58,336 nt of DNA, taken from NCBI GenBank assembly GCA_024704765.1, contig JAKMXF010000331.1, positions 210,807 through 269,142 on the forward strand, written 5' to 3'. The notes below the pieces were generated by a model that ran no database searches, was not told the DNA's origin, and worked only from the letters and a program-made list of their open reading frames with translations. Below, in pieces: positions 12,621 through 26,015 of the stretch. The number at the start of each line of letters is the position of its first letter. Positions within the stretch are counted from its first letter, which is position 1. This DNA is from Oopsacas minuta (lineage: Eukaryota; Animalia; Porifera). Made by a program: the position numbers and the translations under genes.

Positions 12621-13499
12621 TACGTTCTCCAAAATAATGAGGGATTTCTGTGTTATAATATATTTGTTAACAAAAATAAAGTAGAATTTGAACATGAAAT
12701 TCACATCACGAATTCATACAATTGATCACCTATCCTATTAGAATACACGACGATACTTCGACAATAAGGTGTATAAGTAAAAAATAATCTGAAGGAAAAG
12801 TAGCATACTCATTGGATGCGCTAAAGATGGGGAGATGGGACTAGAGCCTGATCAAAATTTATGTCCGTCCCATCACATACTTGATGGGGCTAAGAGGAGA
12901 CAAACTAAGAAATATTTAGAAATAATTACTTCAATCTTACTATCTTCATCAATTATAGGAAATTAAACTATATTAGTATAATTCAGCTAACATGTATTCA
13001 ATGGTCAGTTAATCCAAATTATTCATAATGTGGACACAATTAAATATTATATTTTGGTTCAATAACTTTGAATTAAACCTTTAGTCTTACTCAAATAGTT
13101 GCAGGTCAATTCAGCACCCATCAGTCGTGAAGAGCTAGCGCTGCAAATGAACATACTTGCCAACCATAAATAAATTCAGGGAACATCTTGGAAATTACTG
13201 ACTTTTTTCGATTATAATTAGGTGAACTTTCATATATTAGAATTAGACATAGCAACTCTAATATAAGGCCTGCAAACCTCTTGTGAATTTTGAACCAAGG
13301 ATGCGGTCGGAGATGAAGATACTTTACTTGTAAATTCAATATTGCAGAAACGAACAAATGTATTGCATATCTGAAGAACAATATATTATCAACCATTATA
13401 TATACAAGTGCTAAAAATTCAGGAATGTGTGAAAATATGGGTCTAGTAAGCATTTATTTGTTAAATAAGCCATTTTTGTTTGAGTACATACTTTATATT

Positions 13500-13665
13500 A
13501 TGTCCCAGACTTTCCTTATCCTTGTATCACACATTTTGATGTGATATCTCTGAACATTAGTGCGTAATGTTAAAACTGAAAAATATGGGCAAATTCACGA
13601 TTACGTCAAATTGGTAATAAGTAATCACATCAAAATGTATTAGAAGGATATGGGAAGTCTGGCAC
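13500..13665. mobile_element. MITE, about 165 bp
   Basis: About 43-bp inverted repeats TGTCCCAGACTTTCCTTATCCTT...CATTTTGATGTGAT and ATCACATCAAAATG...AAGGATATGGGAAGTCTGGCACA. Confidence 0.7.
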
Positions 13666-14581
13666 ATGTTATAAATTGGCTATGTTAATTTGGTAATATT
13701 TTGAACAATTATAGAATTCTAATTAGATATTCATAAAAATATGTCACCCATTCTATCCCCAGTAACTCAAGAATGAGCCAACTAAATCATGACAAATTGT
13801 TGATATTTTGCAAAAATTCTATAGATCATTTCATATGTTCACTTTGAAACGAGTGTTATCTTAGCCAGCCGATTCAGCAGCCCATTCAAATCCCCACTAA
13901 AACATCTTTTTCTCAAAAAGTATGGGTTCTATTTTGAAAAGAACCATACCAGTGTCAAGAAGAAAGTTGCTACATTTCACATCATCACTCATAATCGCCA
14001 AATTTTGCATGATGAGTAAGCAATTTTGCATTACATTTTGGTCGAGGTTTTTTATTAATATCTCCTGAAATAATTGTGATAACAACTTATCATTTTAATC
14101 ATATTTACATCTCACTTGGTACATTGTGTATATCCAATTTGAAATTAGAATAATTATTTTTGAAAAAGTTATGAACGCCCGAACTTTACATAGGAATTAC
14201 ATAGACGACCAGTTTTTGATTGATGATTTGTATGCTTTGTAGTTATGTATTGATTAGTTTAATATTCTTAGTGTAAATTTACTTATGATGACTAAATTCT
14301 TGAGGTCAAATGTATTCCTTCTCAATTATTAGGACCAGTTATGTCAGTTTAGATTTTTGAACTTAGTATTAAATTAAGAATGTACTATCAATCAACAAGC
14401 ATTTGTAACACTGTAATGGATTTATTTCGTTTCTCACAACCTTAATACTTTTGATATTCTTCAACTTTATTTTATTTCAACTTCATTTCTTCCAAAAATT
14501 TTCTCCATACAACGGTCCTACAAAATTTCATTTCAATTCAATCATGTGAGTATCTTTCTTAATTAATTTTGTAATGTTACA

Positions 14582-14762
14582 CAGTCAACTCCCGGTATAT
14601 CAAACATGGATAATTAGAAATCCTCGCTATATCGAAGTCTGAGATTATACAAATATAGTCACAAATCGTTAAAGAAACATAAATGTCATCGTTATATTGA
14701 AATCCGCGTATATAGAAGTTTTTATTGCGGTTCCTTGCTTTCGATATAAGGGGAGTTGACTG
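14582..14762. mobile_element. pogo/Tigger-type MITE inside the foldback element
   Basis: TIRs CAGTCAACTCCC...TATATC and GATATA...GGGAGTTGACTG, with TA on the right flank; 181 bp. Confidence 0.8.
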
Positions 14763-14813
14763 TAGTTATATGCAAATGTGTCAGAAAATTAGTCGTTCTT
14801 TTTGGCATAGATT

Positions 14814-17800
14814 GTGTTCTTACTTCCGACCATGACATCTCTGGTACAATGTGTCACTGCAATTACCCAACTGGGCTACAATGATTTTGATAAACTTAAG
14901 GTAGCCTTGGATAACGGAGACAGGCGAAGGGCGAAGTCAGTATGGGGAAAGTTATCCATTCTCATATTCAATAAGAATAAGCCAAACACTCGTGCTCCTC
15001 TCTACCTAAAATGGAAACTAAATCGCAATCAATTTCAGGATTATATAAAACAAAGTATGGAAGGTAACAGCCGTAAGTTGAATAGCGATTCCGGTACTGA
15101 TATATTCCAGTTGGCTGTAGAATACGTTAGCACCAGGTTAGATTCAGATGGTATTTATGTTAATAGTTTAGATCCTAGTAATATTAGTAGTAGTTAATTA
15201 GATACAGATTTTAGTGTAGATAGCTTGGAGCGGGAAGTGTCAAATAGCAAATTCTTAGGCTTATTGGAGTGGTTGGAACAACCTGAACTATATAGTTTGA
15301 AGAGTACCCTGTCTTCTTCTCCTCAGACTGAGGTCACCGATACCCTCTTTTGGACGTACATTGTTTGTGATAATCTTCTATGGCTAGACGCACTGAAATT
15401 CTTAGGGTCAGAATGTCCTCGCATTAGTGGCGAATTCATGCTCATTAATTGGATAATCTATGAGGAGTGCAAAAAATTTAATGAGTTTTTATATGAGCAC
15501 CTAAGAAACTTCAGGCTTGTTAAGAGAGATAGCTGCTTATTAGAAGCATGGATATTAGTTGGCAACATCAACTGTCGAATTTTGGATTTGTTTGGAAGTG
15601 CTTATCTCATTATCACAGTTGCACAACTCGAGGAATTTCTTAACTTTGCTTTATTCATTCGAGAAAATATGGATCTAATATTTTCATTTCATTCAACTCT
15701 ATCAGAAAAACTAGGCACGGTTAACTCTTCAAAAATTCCGTTGTTAGTTGATTCACATCCAAACATGTAATCTAAACTTGCACTTGATATTGGTCACTCA
15801 GAAACTAGTGTTGTCATCGATAAATATAACGTTAATCATGTGTCACTTGTCCCAACCCTAGATGATGGTGATATTCTAAATGAGGTAAAGCACTATGAAA
15901 CAAAGCACGGGTAGCTATTTACTTAACTTTATAGAATGGGAAAATATTACAAGAATCGTGGGTGATCGTGTAATACTTTCAAAAGATTGGGCTAACTTAT
16001 TTAATTCCAAATTGGTAGGAATATTTAATTGTGTACTTTGTTTTAAATACCACAAAATAAACAAATCTAAAAGTAGAAAACTGAACAGTTGTTTTTTAGA
16101 GCAAATGCAGAGTGTAAATTTCGCAATTGTTTTACTTTTACATTCATTATTAACAAGAATCTTCTTGAAAGTCACACTAATGATTATATTATCGTGAAAG
16201 ACATAGTTTCTGGTATTTTATCTGATGAACATTTAAATAATAATATTGTTTACGCAAGAAATTTATGTAATTCTATTAGGTTAAAAGTAGCAACACAAAT
16301 AGCAAACACATCTGTAAGTAAATATTTCCATAACCAATTCGAGTCTACAGAAAATAGAAATATAGCGCTTACTTTCGGCAATCTAAATAAAATTAAAAGC
16401 GCTGCTGTATTAAGGAAGGCAAAATTTGATTTGTCAAGTTTACAGAGGTTCTCTAATGATAATTGGAGTGAATTGATTAGTTTACAACAGTATTACCGGA
16501 ATGCTATAGTGGGTAGTAATGTTAGAGGGTACATTCAGTCATTAGGACATAACCCCTTTATTATTCATTTATATACTGAAGACCAAATTAAAATATTAAA
16601 ATGTTTTAAAGATAAACCATAATTCTTCACCTAGATGCTACTGGCTCAATCATTCGAAAGATTGAACCTTCCAAGCACAAAGTATTTTATTATGCTCTCA
16701 CAGTACAACATCCAACTTGTTCTACCAGTCCCGTACCTCTGGCAGAGATGATCAGTTCTGGTCATGCTAGCGCTGAGATCAGTTATTTTCTACACAAATG
16801 GCATCTTGATGCAAAGAAAATATTAGGTTATAAAATTAACATAGGACAAATTGAGATAGATTTCAGCTGGGCGTTAATTCATAGTGTGTGTGTAATGCTT
16901 TTCTTAAATGTGACATCGATATATATCTTGATAAATGTTGGAATAGAGTGGATACACATTCTCCCAATCAGGAACTAGAATTAAAATTGATTCTCCATTT
17001 ATGTTCTGCCCATATAATGCATGGTATTGGCTTTCACATTAATAGGAAATTTAAGTTAAATAAAGAAGTGAGAAAGTTGTTTTTGTATTCCTTTGGATAT
17101 CTGGTGCGTTGTACTAATATTACTCAAATAAGTTCTGTGTTTACTTCCTTGTGTTATATGTTTAAGAGTAAATATATGAATGAACATGTATTAACCAAAA
17201 TTAAAACAGTGAGTATTATATTAGTGACAGTCATTCTGATTTAGATGATACAAATGAAAGTTTATACGATGAGGATAGTGATAGCGATCCCATCGATATT
17301 AAGGATGGTAAGACCCTAAGAGACAGATCTCCCTTTGGAAAACATTTTGCATATATAAGTAAACAATGTGAAAATGCTATCAACAATAATCACACCAAAA
17401 TATTTGATTCGACCCTTGCTATTATCCTAGCCTTATAGAATATATTTTAACTTACTACTTACCTATTCTGCCATTATGGAGTGGTGTTATATTAGGTCCC
17501 CACAGTCTTTCAGTTGGAAATAATTATTCGTATTATAGTAACGCCATTGTAGAGAACTGGATGCGTATAGTTAAATTAGATATTTTGAATTCGAAATCAA
17601 ATTTGAGGCCTGGAGATTTCATTAGAGTATTATATCCCGGTATAACAAGTAGAATTTCCGCTTTCAATTTTGCTATTCAGCCCAGAGCTGATAAAATTTT
17701 TAAAGGTCGTAAGTGAATAAGAGATATTTCAGAAGCAAAATGTAATGAAGAATGGTCCAGGAAAAAGAAACAGCATTGTGGCTATTTGAAGTCGAAAACA

Positions 17801-18545
17801 TATGAATTTCCTCAATTTAATAGAGATAAAACTGACGTAAAAGATAAATTAATCCCTATTAAGCGTCAGAAGTTGTCTACGTTACGCATGATTTGCAAAT
17901 CACCAGAAATTAAGACTGCGTCAATTATTACTGATGAAGAATTGGTAGAGTCAAGTATAATACGATATATTATACCAAGCTTTCGTCCACCACACGTTGA
18001 ATGGCAAATTGCTACCTGGAAGAAATGGAAACTACATTATAGTAATCAGATTGTCTATTCTTTAGATAATTTAATTGATAATTGTGAAGGATTATATGTA
18101 TATAATCCCGGAACAACAGAAACAATATCAGGTGATGGAAACTGTTATTTTTCTACAATTTCTTATCTAATAACAGGTAGTAAAACCTATCATAAAGAAT
18201 TACGTGCAATTATCGTTGAAAACATGCTTGGTAAATTAAGCGCGAGTTGTAATGCGTTTTTGCGTACTAAGTATGTTTATACTCAAGGTAATTTTAAGAA
18301 TATTCAGGATTGGGTAAATAAAATGGGGATGAATAAAGTTGGGAAATGAGCTACTGACTTAGAGGAATTTGCAACTTCGTTGTTATTTAATATAGATATT
18401 TGGGTGTTTTTGGGCCCTACTGGAACTCATTGCGCTGGGTTTTCCGGTAATGGATCAAGTTTTGATCAATTATTAAAGGAGCCAACTTCAAATGGTTATA
18501 TATTCAGAATTTAGGTAATCATTACCAGCCCATACTATCTCTAAT
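14814..18545 (+). pseudogene. NOF-like MULE DDE transposase fused to a C-terminal OTU cysteine protease domain
   Basis: LHLDATGS (Asp at 16634), EIDFSWAL (Asp at about 16859), HLCSAH, PLWSG and AIVENWMRIVK (Glu at 17552). In the same frame follow GDGNCYF (Cys at 18143), W(stop)ATDLE and, after a frameshift, LGNHYQP (His at 18520). Multiple stops and frameshifts. Confidence 0.8.
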
Positions 18546-18627
18546 TTATTACTAAAAGCAACCTAATCATTGGTTTCAATTTATGGCAGCGAAAATTATA
18601 TATTTACCAACAAGATTATTAGTGAAA

Positions 18628-18720
18628 CAATAAATATTATGTATAAATGAATCTTGAATATTTTGTGAGTAATTGTACCAATAAATATTTTGTATAAATG
18701 AATCTTGAATATTTTGTGAG
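18628..18720. repeat. local tandem duplication of a 42-bp AT-rich unit
   Basis: CAATAAATATT(A/T)TGTATAAATGAATCTTGAATATTTTGTGAG at 18628 and 18679. Confidence 0.85.
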
Positions 18721-20833
18721 ATCTCATCTAAATATGTAAATTGATTGCGACAAAAATCACAAATGTAAGTATATACGTATATGTATCGACAGTTGGATTA
18801 TATGGAACAATTTATGACCTTTTCTCTAACCAAGATACGTTTAAAAGCTGGATTATATTACACAGGATTTGGAAACTAACACAACACCAATATGTAAAGT
18901 TCTGGGAGATATATTCATAGTAAAGTAACCAATGAACATGAAAATCTATATTCTTATCCTTACAATTATCTTAATCAATCTAGGAATTATATCTCCAAAT
19001 CTCTCTTACGAACATTTATTTTACAATTTGTACAAATTTGAATCAGAAAGAAGTTACTATCTAATTTTGGAGTATTCATTTGGAGACCCATGTCCTGGAG
19101 TTAACTCTCGATTCTCTTACCATTCTGGCATTTAATAATTATAAATCGAAGTGTTGATCGTCTCTTCAAATCTTATCTGGTCAAGACATTTGTTACTCTT
19201 CCTTATGCGTATAGCTGTAAAGATTTTGCATAAATAGTACCACCTGTTTTAGGTTTAGCCTGTTCTAATAGACGAGGGAAATTCAATCAGTATTTCTCAT
19301 TAGTTCATCAATCAGTTCAATACAGAAAAGATAGACAGACAAACTATAATATCTGTTAATTAGTATCTTGTAATACTTTTCGATTTGCTTACTCTATCCT
19401 ATTCAAAAAGTAATGTTTTGTATAATGTATGATAACTGTCATTACAATGGTGTTGTGTTATTTATTATATTTCAAATATCTTCTGATTATTATCTAGGAA
19501 CCACAATAGAATTGGAACTATAGAATTGAAAATGATACTAAATCCTTATCAAAATTTACGTACACTTTAATGTCATACATACTTCATTATTTACAGTACA
19601 AACTGGTCGTCTATGTAATTCCTATGTAAAGTTCGGGCGTTCATAACTTTTTCAAAAATAATTATTCTAATTTCAAAATGGATATACACAATGTACCAAG
19701 TGAGATGTAAATTTGATTAAAATGATGAGTTGTTATCACAATTATTTCAGGAGATATTAATAAAAAACCTCGACCAAAATGTAATGCAAAATTGCTTACT
19801 CATCATGCAAAATTTGGCGATTATGTTTGATGATGTGAAATGTAGCAACTTTCTTCTTGACACTGGTATGGTTCTTTTCAAATAGAACCCATACTTTTTG
19901 AGAAAAAGATGTTTTAGTGGGGATTTGAATGGGCTGCTGAATCGGCTGCTAAGATAACACTCGTCACTTTGAAATGAAAGATGCATTATTTACCCTACTA
20001 TAAGTCATCAAAGAATGGCATATTTTAACAAATAAATGCTTACTAGACACATATTTTCACACATCCTTTGTAATTTAGTACTGGGATATATAATGGTTGA
20101 TAATATATTGTTCTACAAATATGAATACATTTATTTGGGGCAAAAATGCACCGGTTCTGCAATATTGAATTTACAAGTATATTATCTTCATCACCAACCA
20201 CATTCCTGGTCCAAAATTCAAGATGTTGGCAGGCCTTATATTAGAGTAGGCAATGGACTAGCATGTATAATTAGAAATTCAGGGATATTTAAGAAAATTC
20301 AGGGATAGCGGAAAAGTTACCCAGGACAAGAGTTGATAAGTATGAAATAGTATACATTGTAAAGACTGGAGTTGCTATAGTACCGATACCCAGATCGGTT
20401 AAATTTATCTTGCAGTGCCGGTTCAGAGACTGGAAGGTACTAACTTACAAGATCGATACTTTCTAGATGTTGCCCAGATGTCTCACAAACTCCAAGATGT
20501 TACAGTGGTGTTTCAAAGCAATATGAGTTGCTGAGTGTGATAGAGATCGAGTTAGTTCATAATGTAGCTTGTAATGGGGGACATTTTCCCATTTTACTTA
20601 CTGCTTAAGAATTAAAATTGGATTAGGGTAGAAAATGTTCCTCATGTTGCAAGATATTTCGTTACCTCTTAGATTTGCTCTGTTTTGAAGTAATATCATG
20701 TTGCTGAATGCGATTGCAACAAATAGGTCTTATCGTTACTATAAGGAAAATTTTCCGATCCTTGTACCGGTACTGTAGCCACAGCCAATCAATGATACAA
20801 GTGAAGAAATGGAAAATCAATAAATTTTATTAC

Positions 20834-21306
20834 CTGTCCTGGTTAGCTAGCCTGAGAATGCCATCACCACTTCTTTTATCATCTAGCCACTCTCCCTCAT
20901 AGACACTACCGTCAACATAAAACTTTCTACCCCAACCAGATCTCATGTCAGCATACCATTCACCTTCATAGTAATCGTTCTTACCATAATATCTAGTACC
21001 ATAACCGTGTCTTTTGTCATACTTCCAACCACCAACATACTCTTTAACTAGTTGCATATTCTCGTTTCTAATGCTTAGAGTACCAAAACCATGTCGTAAG
21101 TTATTTTTCCAATCACCATTGTATATTATGCGACCATTTCGAGAATAAGAGGAACCTTTACCATCCTTTTGATTGTCCTTCCATTCACCAACATACTTAT
21201 CGCCATTGATGTCATAAACAGAATGGCGGATTCCTTCCTTTTGGGAAAGAAGATCCCATGTTTTCCAAAGAGGTTCAGAAGTAGGTTTTTGCTTAGAAAT
21301 TGGCAT
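20834..21306 (-). CDS. MORN3: MORN repeat-containing protein 3, first coding exon (3' part not found)
   Basis: MPISKQKP..EPLWKTWD..SQKEGIRHSVYDINGDKYVGEWKDN... matches the MORN3 N-terminus and its YxGxW MORN repeats. It ends at LANQD-AG|GTAATA, a plausible splice donor; unspliced it stops at TAA 20830-20832. Confidence 0.9.
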
Positions 21307-21735
21307 ATTATTGATTCACTACGTGAGGGAAAAATGGATGACAGAAGAGAACTAAATAATATATACGTTATGAGAAACCATAGCCCGCTATATTCAGTCC
21401 TGATAGAAAATTAAATGATCCCTATCATTCTATATATATAATCTTAAAGTAATGGTGCTTAATAATTTTTCCGGAAATAGATTGTATGAATAGACTCTAT
21501 GTATATTAAATATCAATAACAAAAGTATTCGGGGAATTTTGATAATATCGAAAAATTGATTTCCCTGTTGATCAACTATCTCATCCATATTTCAAAATTA
21601 TTAGCCACCTTAGCCTCTTGTATACATTATACTATGGATGATCTCAAACTAAATCATGAATGAAGGAAGGCTACTGGATTCTGAATTGCAGAAACTGTGA
21701 ATTTTTACAGGAAAAGGAATACACGAAGATATATA

Positions 21736-21974
21736 CCGTAAACTGGGGCTACTTTGGCCCCCATGGGTTTGCTTTAGCCCAAATATCAAAGTTTCAAAAA
21801 AGCAACTAGATTAGATTCAGTATTATACTTGAAAATGACTTGCCAAATTTTTAACGAATTTTCTAATATCGGTAGACAATTCGAATACAAATACAAAATC
21901 TATTCGATACGTAAGCAAATTTCAATATTTGGGCTAAAGCAAACCCAGTGGGCCAAAGTAGCTCCAGTTTACGG
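21736..21974. mobile_element. pogo-type MITE, 239 bp
   Basis: About 50-bp TIRs CCGTAAACTGG(G/A)GCTACTTTGGCCC...TTTGCTTTAGCCCAAATAT, with TA on both flanks. Confidence 0.92.
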
Positions 21975-22632
21975 TATGTAGAAATATAAGTAACACGGGC
22001 GGGTAATTATGAAGGTTTTCTGCATATTGCTCACTATCTATTGCATTAAGTATTATTGCCAATCCAAATTCTATGCTAACATAATCTGAATTCTATTATG
22101 CTCACAACGGAATTATATCAAAAGAATTGGGAAAATTATAAACGAAAAAGGAAGTAGACATGGAAAAGTTGTGCATTTTGTAAACCATAGTAGTGTCATT
22201 TGATCTCATAAATACCTGGAAGAGCTCTGGATAGATTTAATTGGAGTTTTGTAAATTCATCAAGGCAAAATTTGTACATTACAACTTATATATCATTAAG
22301 AATACACTGAACATAAAATTGGAATACACTAAGGCACTGGCACTGCTGCCAAAACATGCACCATGGATGAGTTAATGCCGTTCAATGTAGATTTCGTAAA
22401 TTGTGTTTGGCCTCAATTATAGCATTCAATTATGCAACAATGATAGGAGCGGAATATGTTCTCGACTATGTTAACCCGTATTATAGAATCTAACCACACA
22501 GACAAAATTTTGGGTATATACATGGTGTATCATAAATGTTGTCGGGTAGTAGCAATATTCATATAGCAACGGATTGTATTACAACCTTAATTAGAATTTA
22601 ATTAATCATGCAATATCGTAAAGTACTATGTT

Positions 22633-24807
22633 AATAATGTTATCTCATCGCAGATCATATATGATTTTTCTAACGTGACTTTTGTCCTGATTTCAAATCT
22701 ACTCTCCGTTTTTATCTATCACGTGTAGCTTTTTCATAAATCAACTATATTATTCCATTATTTTCAATAATATAATTTTATATATTTTAAAATTTTACAA
22801 TAGCAAAGTAACACAATTTGTATATTAATGCAATATATCCCAATTTACTATCCCTATTTTTCTCTTTTTTGAATCAATCAATCTGGTTTCTCATAATGCA
22901 TCGCAGATGTATCAATACACCAGACAGTTTTTGCTATGTTTGTGGCTCCTTTTGTTTAAAATCACAACGACGTACCATGACAAATGGTCTCAAGAGAATA
23001 TATAGCCAGTATTTTGATTGTCCTTTAGGTGATCAAGATAAGATGTGGACGCCTCTTGTGATTTGTTCTGCTTGTTCTAGTGGCTTACGTGATTCGATGA
23101 ACAAAAGAGAAACTTCAATGCCTTTTGCAATACCAACTGTATCGAGGGAACCAAAGAATCACTACTATGATTGCTATTTTTGCATCGTAAATACCACTGG
23201 GTTTTCGATGAAAAAAAACATGAAATATTTCCCCAGATTTACAATCTGCTCGCAGACCAGTTTCTCACTCTGTCTCTTTGCCTGTCCCCACTCCTACGTT
23301 ATATGGATTTGATTCTCTTTCTCATGAGATACTTTGTCATATTCAATGGACGAATCTTCTATTGGTTGAGAATACGTCCCTGAAGATAATAATTTAGCGC
23401 TCCAAGCCGTTACACAAGGTGAATTGAATGACCCTGTCAGGGATCTTGATCTGTCGAAGGAAAAGGCAGAACTTCTTGCATCAAGGCTTCAACAAAAGAA
23501 TTTACTCAATAAGAATGTTATAGTGTCCCACTAACGTAAACGAAATTTGATTTGGCTCGATATTTTACAGTTGATAGTCCTCTGTTATTCTAATGATATT
23601 AACGGGCTGTTTTCTAGTTTGTCACAGGAACATTCGTCTCTGATTGGCAACTATATAATGATTCATCAAAACGTAGCTTGAAAGCAGTTTTATGCATAAC
23701 GGAAATAAAAATCCTGCAATTCCAATTGCTCACTTTGTACATCTTAAAGAGTCCTATAGAAACCTGGAAAAGGGATTGTAACAAGGATTTACCAAATATT
23801 GTTGCTTTCTTTGTTTATGGACAGTCGTGCAACAATAGATCATTACCAAAAGCGTGATTGGCCCAAGAGAACATATTATGAAAGAGGAACATCCAATATT
23901 GAATATACACCATTGGTAGATCCTATTAATATCTTTTTAGCCACCACTTCATATAAAACTCGGATTGATGCAAACTTTCGTCAAAACAATAGGTAAAACA
24001 AATTCTACAGGTTTCGCTATATTGTTGAGAAATTCCGAAACTAAGTGATGCTAAGCTTAAAGAGGGTGTATTTATTGGACCACAAATTAGGCAAGTTCTC
24101 AAGGATGAAGAGTTCGACGATATACTTTCCGCTAAGGAATTCACAGCTTGGAAATCTTTCAAATGGATTTGTGAATAGTTTTTAGGTAATATGAAGTCAA
24201 AAGAGTATATAGAGGGAGTAAAAAACTGAGTTCAATCATATGTAAACATGGGATGTCGTATGTCATTGAAATTACACTTTTTGCACTCCCATCTTGATTT
24301 TTCCAGAATTTCACCAAGACATTCTCAGAAAGAAAATCGATATCAAGGTTTCTGGAATGACAGTATGATGGCGGACTATTGCTGGATGTTATACAGGGAT
24401 GAACCCAATAGAGTTACAAAATAAATTCTTACTCTCAACGTTTTAATTCTTAAATATTCTTCTTTTTGTTAATTCAACTTATATATCTCACAAATGTGAA
24501 ATTTTTCAATTTCCTATGGCAAGATAGTTAGATTCTAATTTGATACTCAATTAATTATTGAATTATTCACATTGAGACTATAATAACAAGTAACATTAGT
24601 TAGCTGAACTACTTTTAGCATTAATTAAGCATAATAAAATATGTAATATTTCGAAATTGAATTCGAAAATTTCAAACTAGAATATAAAAAATGTATACGT
24701 GTTAGAGAGGAATGAATGGCAGATTTGAAATTAGCACATAAAAGTAGTCTAGAAAAATACCTATTTTTGCTTGATGAGAATAATATGCGAAAATTTGTTG
24801 ACCTGTG
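22633..24807 (+). mobile_element. Chapaev3-like (CMC) transposon, decayed
   Basis: ATG at 22896 gives MHRRCINTPDSFCYVCG...GDQDKMW.P..IC..C...REPKNH..DCYFC; later come CFLCLWDSRA, LH.KLGLM, LHFLHSHLD and MMADYCW. The right end is ...ACCTGTG|TAA with subterminal inverted motifs, and the outer left terminus was not found. Confidence 0.72.
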
Positions 24808-25189
24808 TAATAGAACCTCAAATAATCTTAGTATTATATCCAGTTATGTACCACTTTTTCCATATGTGTCTCAAACATAAAATGCTGACAACTCAACAAG
24901 ATTTGCTCTAGTTCTTGAGTTACAGTTGAGACCATAGATAGTACTTGTTAGTCAATATTCATTTATAACTCTATACTCGTTACAATTATGTTCAAATCAA
25001 GAGAGCCCATTTATACTACATACTCGATTCCCCATGTCCTGATAATATAGTTTGATTTAATATCCTGTAACATTGTGACATGACGTAATCCTGAATATTC
25101 CCATATCTTATCATATTCAAGATTGCACGATAATCTTCAGAGATATCATATTAAAATGTAATATCAGTGCGTGATGTGTCGGGTTTGTA

Positions 25190-25507
25190 CAATAGATGCA
25201 GATATAAGAACAGCAACTTGAATTACCGAATCTTTTGTATTCTACTCCATGGAATTATTACCGGTTATAAGAACATTTTATGCCGGTTATAAGAACACTC
25301 TTAGTGTAGTACTAAAATTGGTGCTCATTACCAGTATGTTTGTAGAATTCGGCATAAATTATAGTAATACTTTGTTTTAATATGGTTCTAGATCCAAATG
25401 TGTTTAAATGAAGTGTTTTCATAACTGGCATCTACTCTATACTACATACAGGTTATAAGAACATTATGTCCAGTTCCCGACAATGTTCTTATAACCGGCT
25501 TTTGCTG
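25190..25507. mobile_element. pogo/Tigger-type MITE with repeated GGTTATAAGAAC motifs
   Basis: Right TIR GTTCTTATAACCGGCTTTTGCTG|TA, a degenerate left TIR after TA, and internal GGTTATAAGAACA repeats. Confidence 0.65.
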
Positions 25508-26015
25508 TACTATAAATTGGCTTGATTTGACTACAATTGTAACGATTATCGATTTATAAGTGACTGTAGAGACTAACAGGTGCAATCAATTGTCTCAGCT
25601 GAAATTCAAGAACTAGCCAATTATATCAAGACTATCTTTTGATATTTTGTATCCGAATATTTCTATAATTTCATAATTCAACTCTAAATCAAATCTCAAT
25701 AGTGAGCTTTGGAGCATTTTTTCCAACATATCAGCCTATTAGGCGATCACATGTTGTCTTTTCGACCTGAAATATTTTCTAGATGTGTAATATATGATTC
25801 GTTACTTCATATTAGTGAAACTTGATGATTGTTTCATTATATTTGGTTTGAATTAGTGAATTAGTTATGCTTGTAATCAACTACAATGTACTTCTTATTT
25901 TCCCTGGTCCAGAAAATAATTGTACTTTTCAGTCCTTATATTCCATAGTTCACTCTTATTTATTTTTGATGTTTCTTTCTTTATTTTTAGACCATATTTG
26001 TTTTTGTCATTTTTA

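Larger units (their letters stand above)
13849..19964 (+). mobile_element. Foldback/NOF-like MULE-superfamily transposon with about 365-bp TIRs
   Basis: Ends ACGAGTGTTATCTTAGC...GCTAAGATAACACTCGT; near-identical arms at 13849-14215 and 19600-19964; perfect 9-bp TSD CACTTTGAA at 13840-13848 and 19965-19973; 6116 bp. Confidence 0.92.
13250..20250. mobile_element. older non-autonomous TIR element (about 220-bp inverted arms) hosting the foldback element and a MITE
   Basis: 13250-13470 is an inverted copy of about 20025-20250 (CTCTAATATAAGGCCTGC... / ...GCAGGCCTTATATTAGAG) and lies outside the foldback TSD. No clear TSD was found. Confidence 0.55.

Noticed and set aside
13121-13453. Paired ORFs 13121-13453 (-) and 20036-20308 (+) as a duplicated gene
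   Set aside because: Their similarity only reflects the inverted-repeat arms; the frames diverge and the composition is non-coding.
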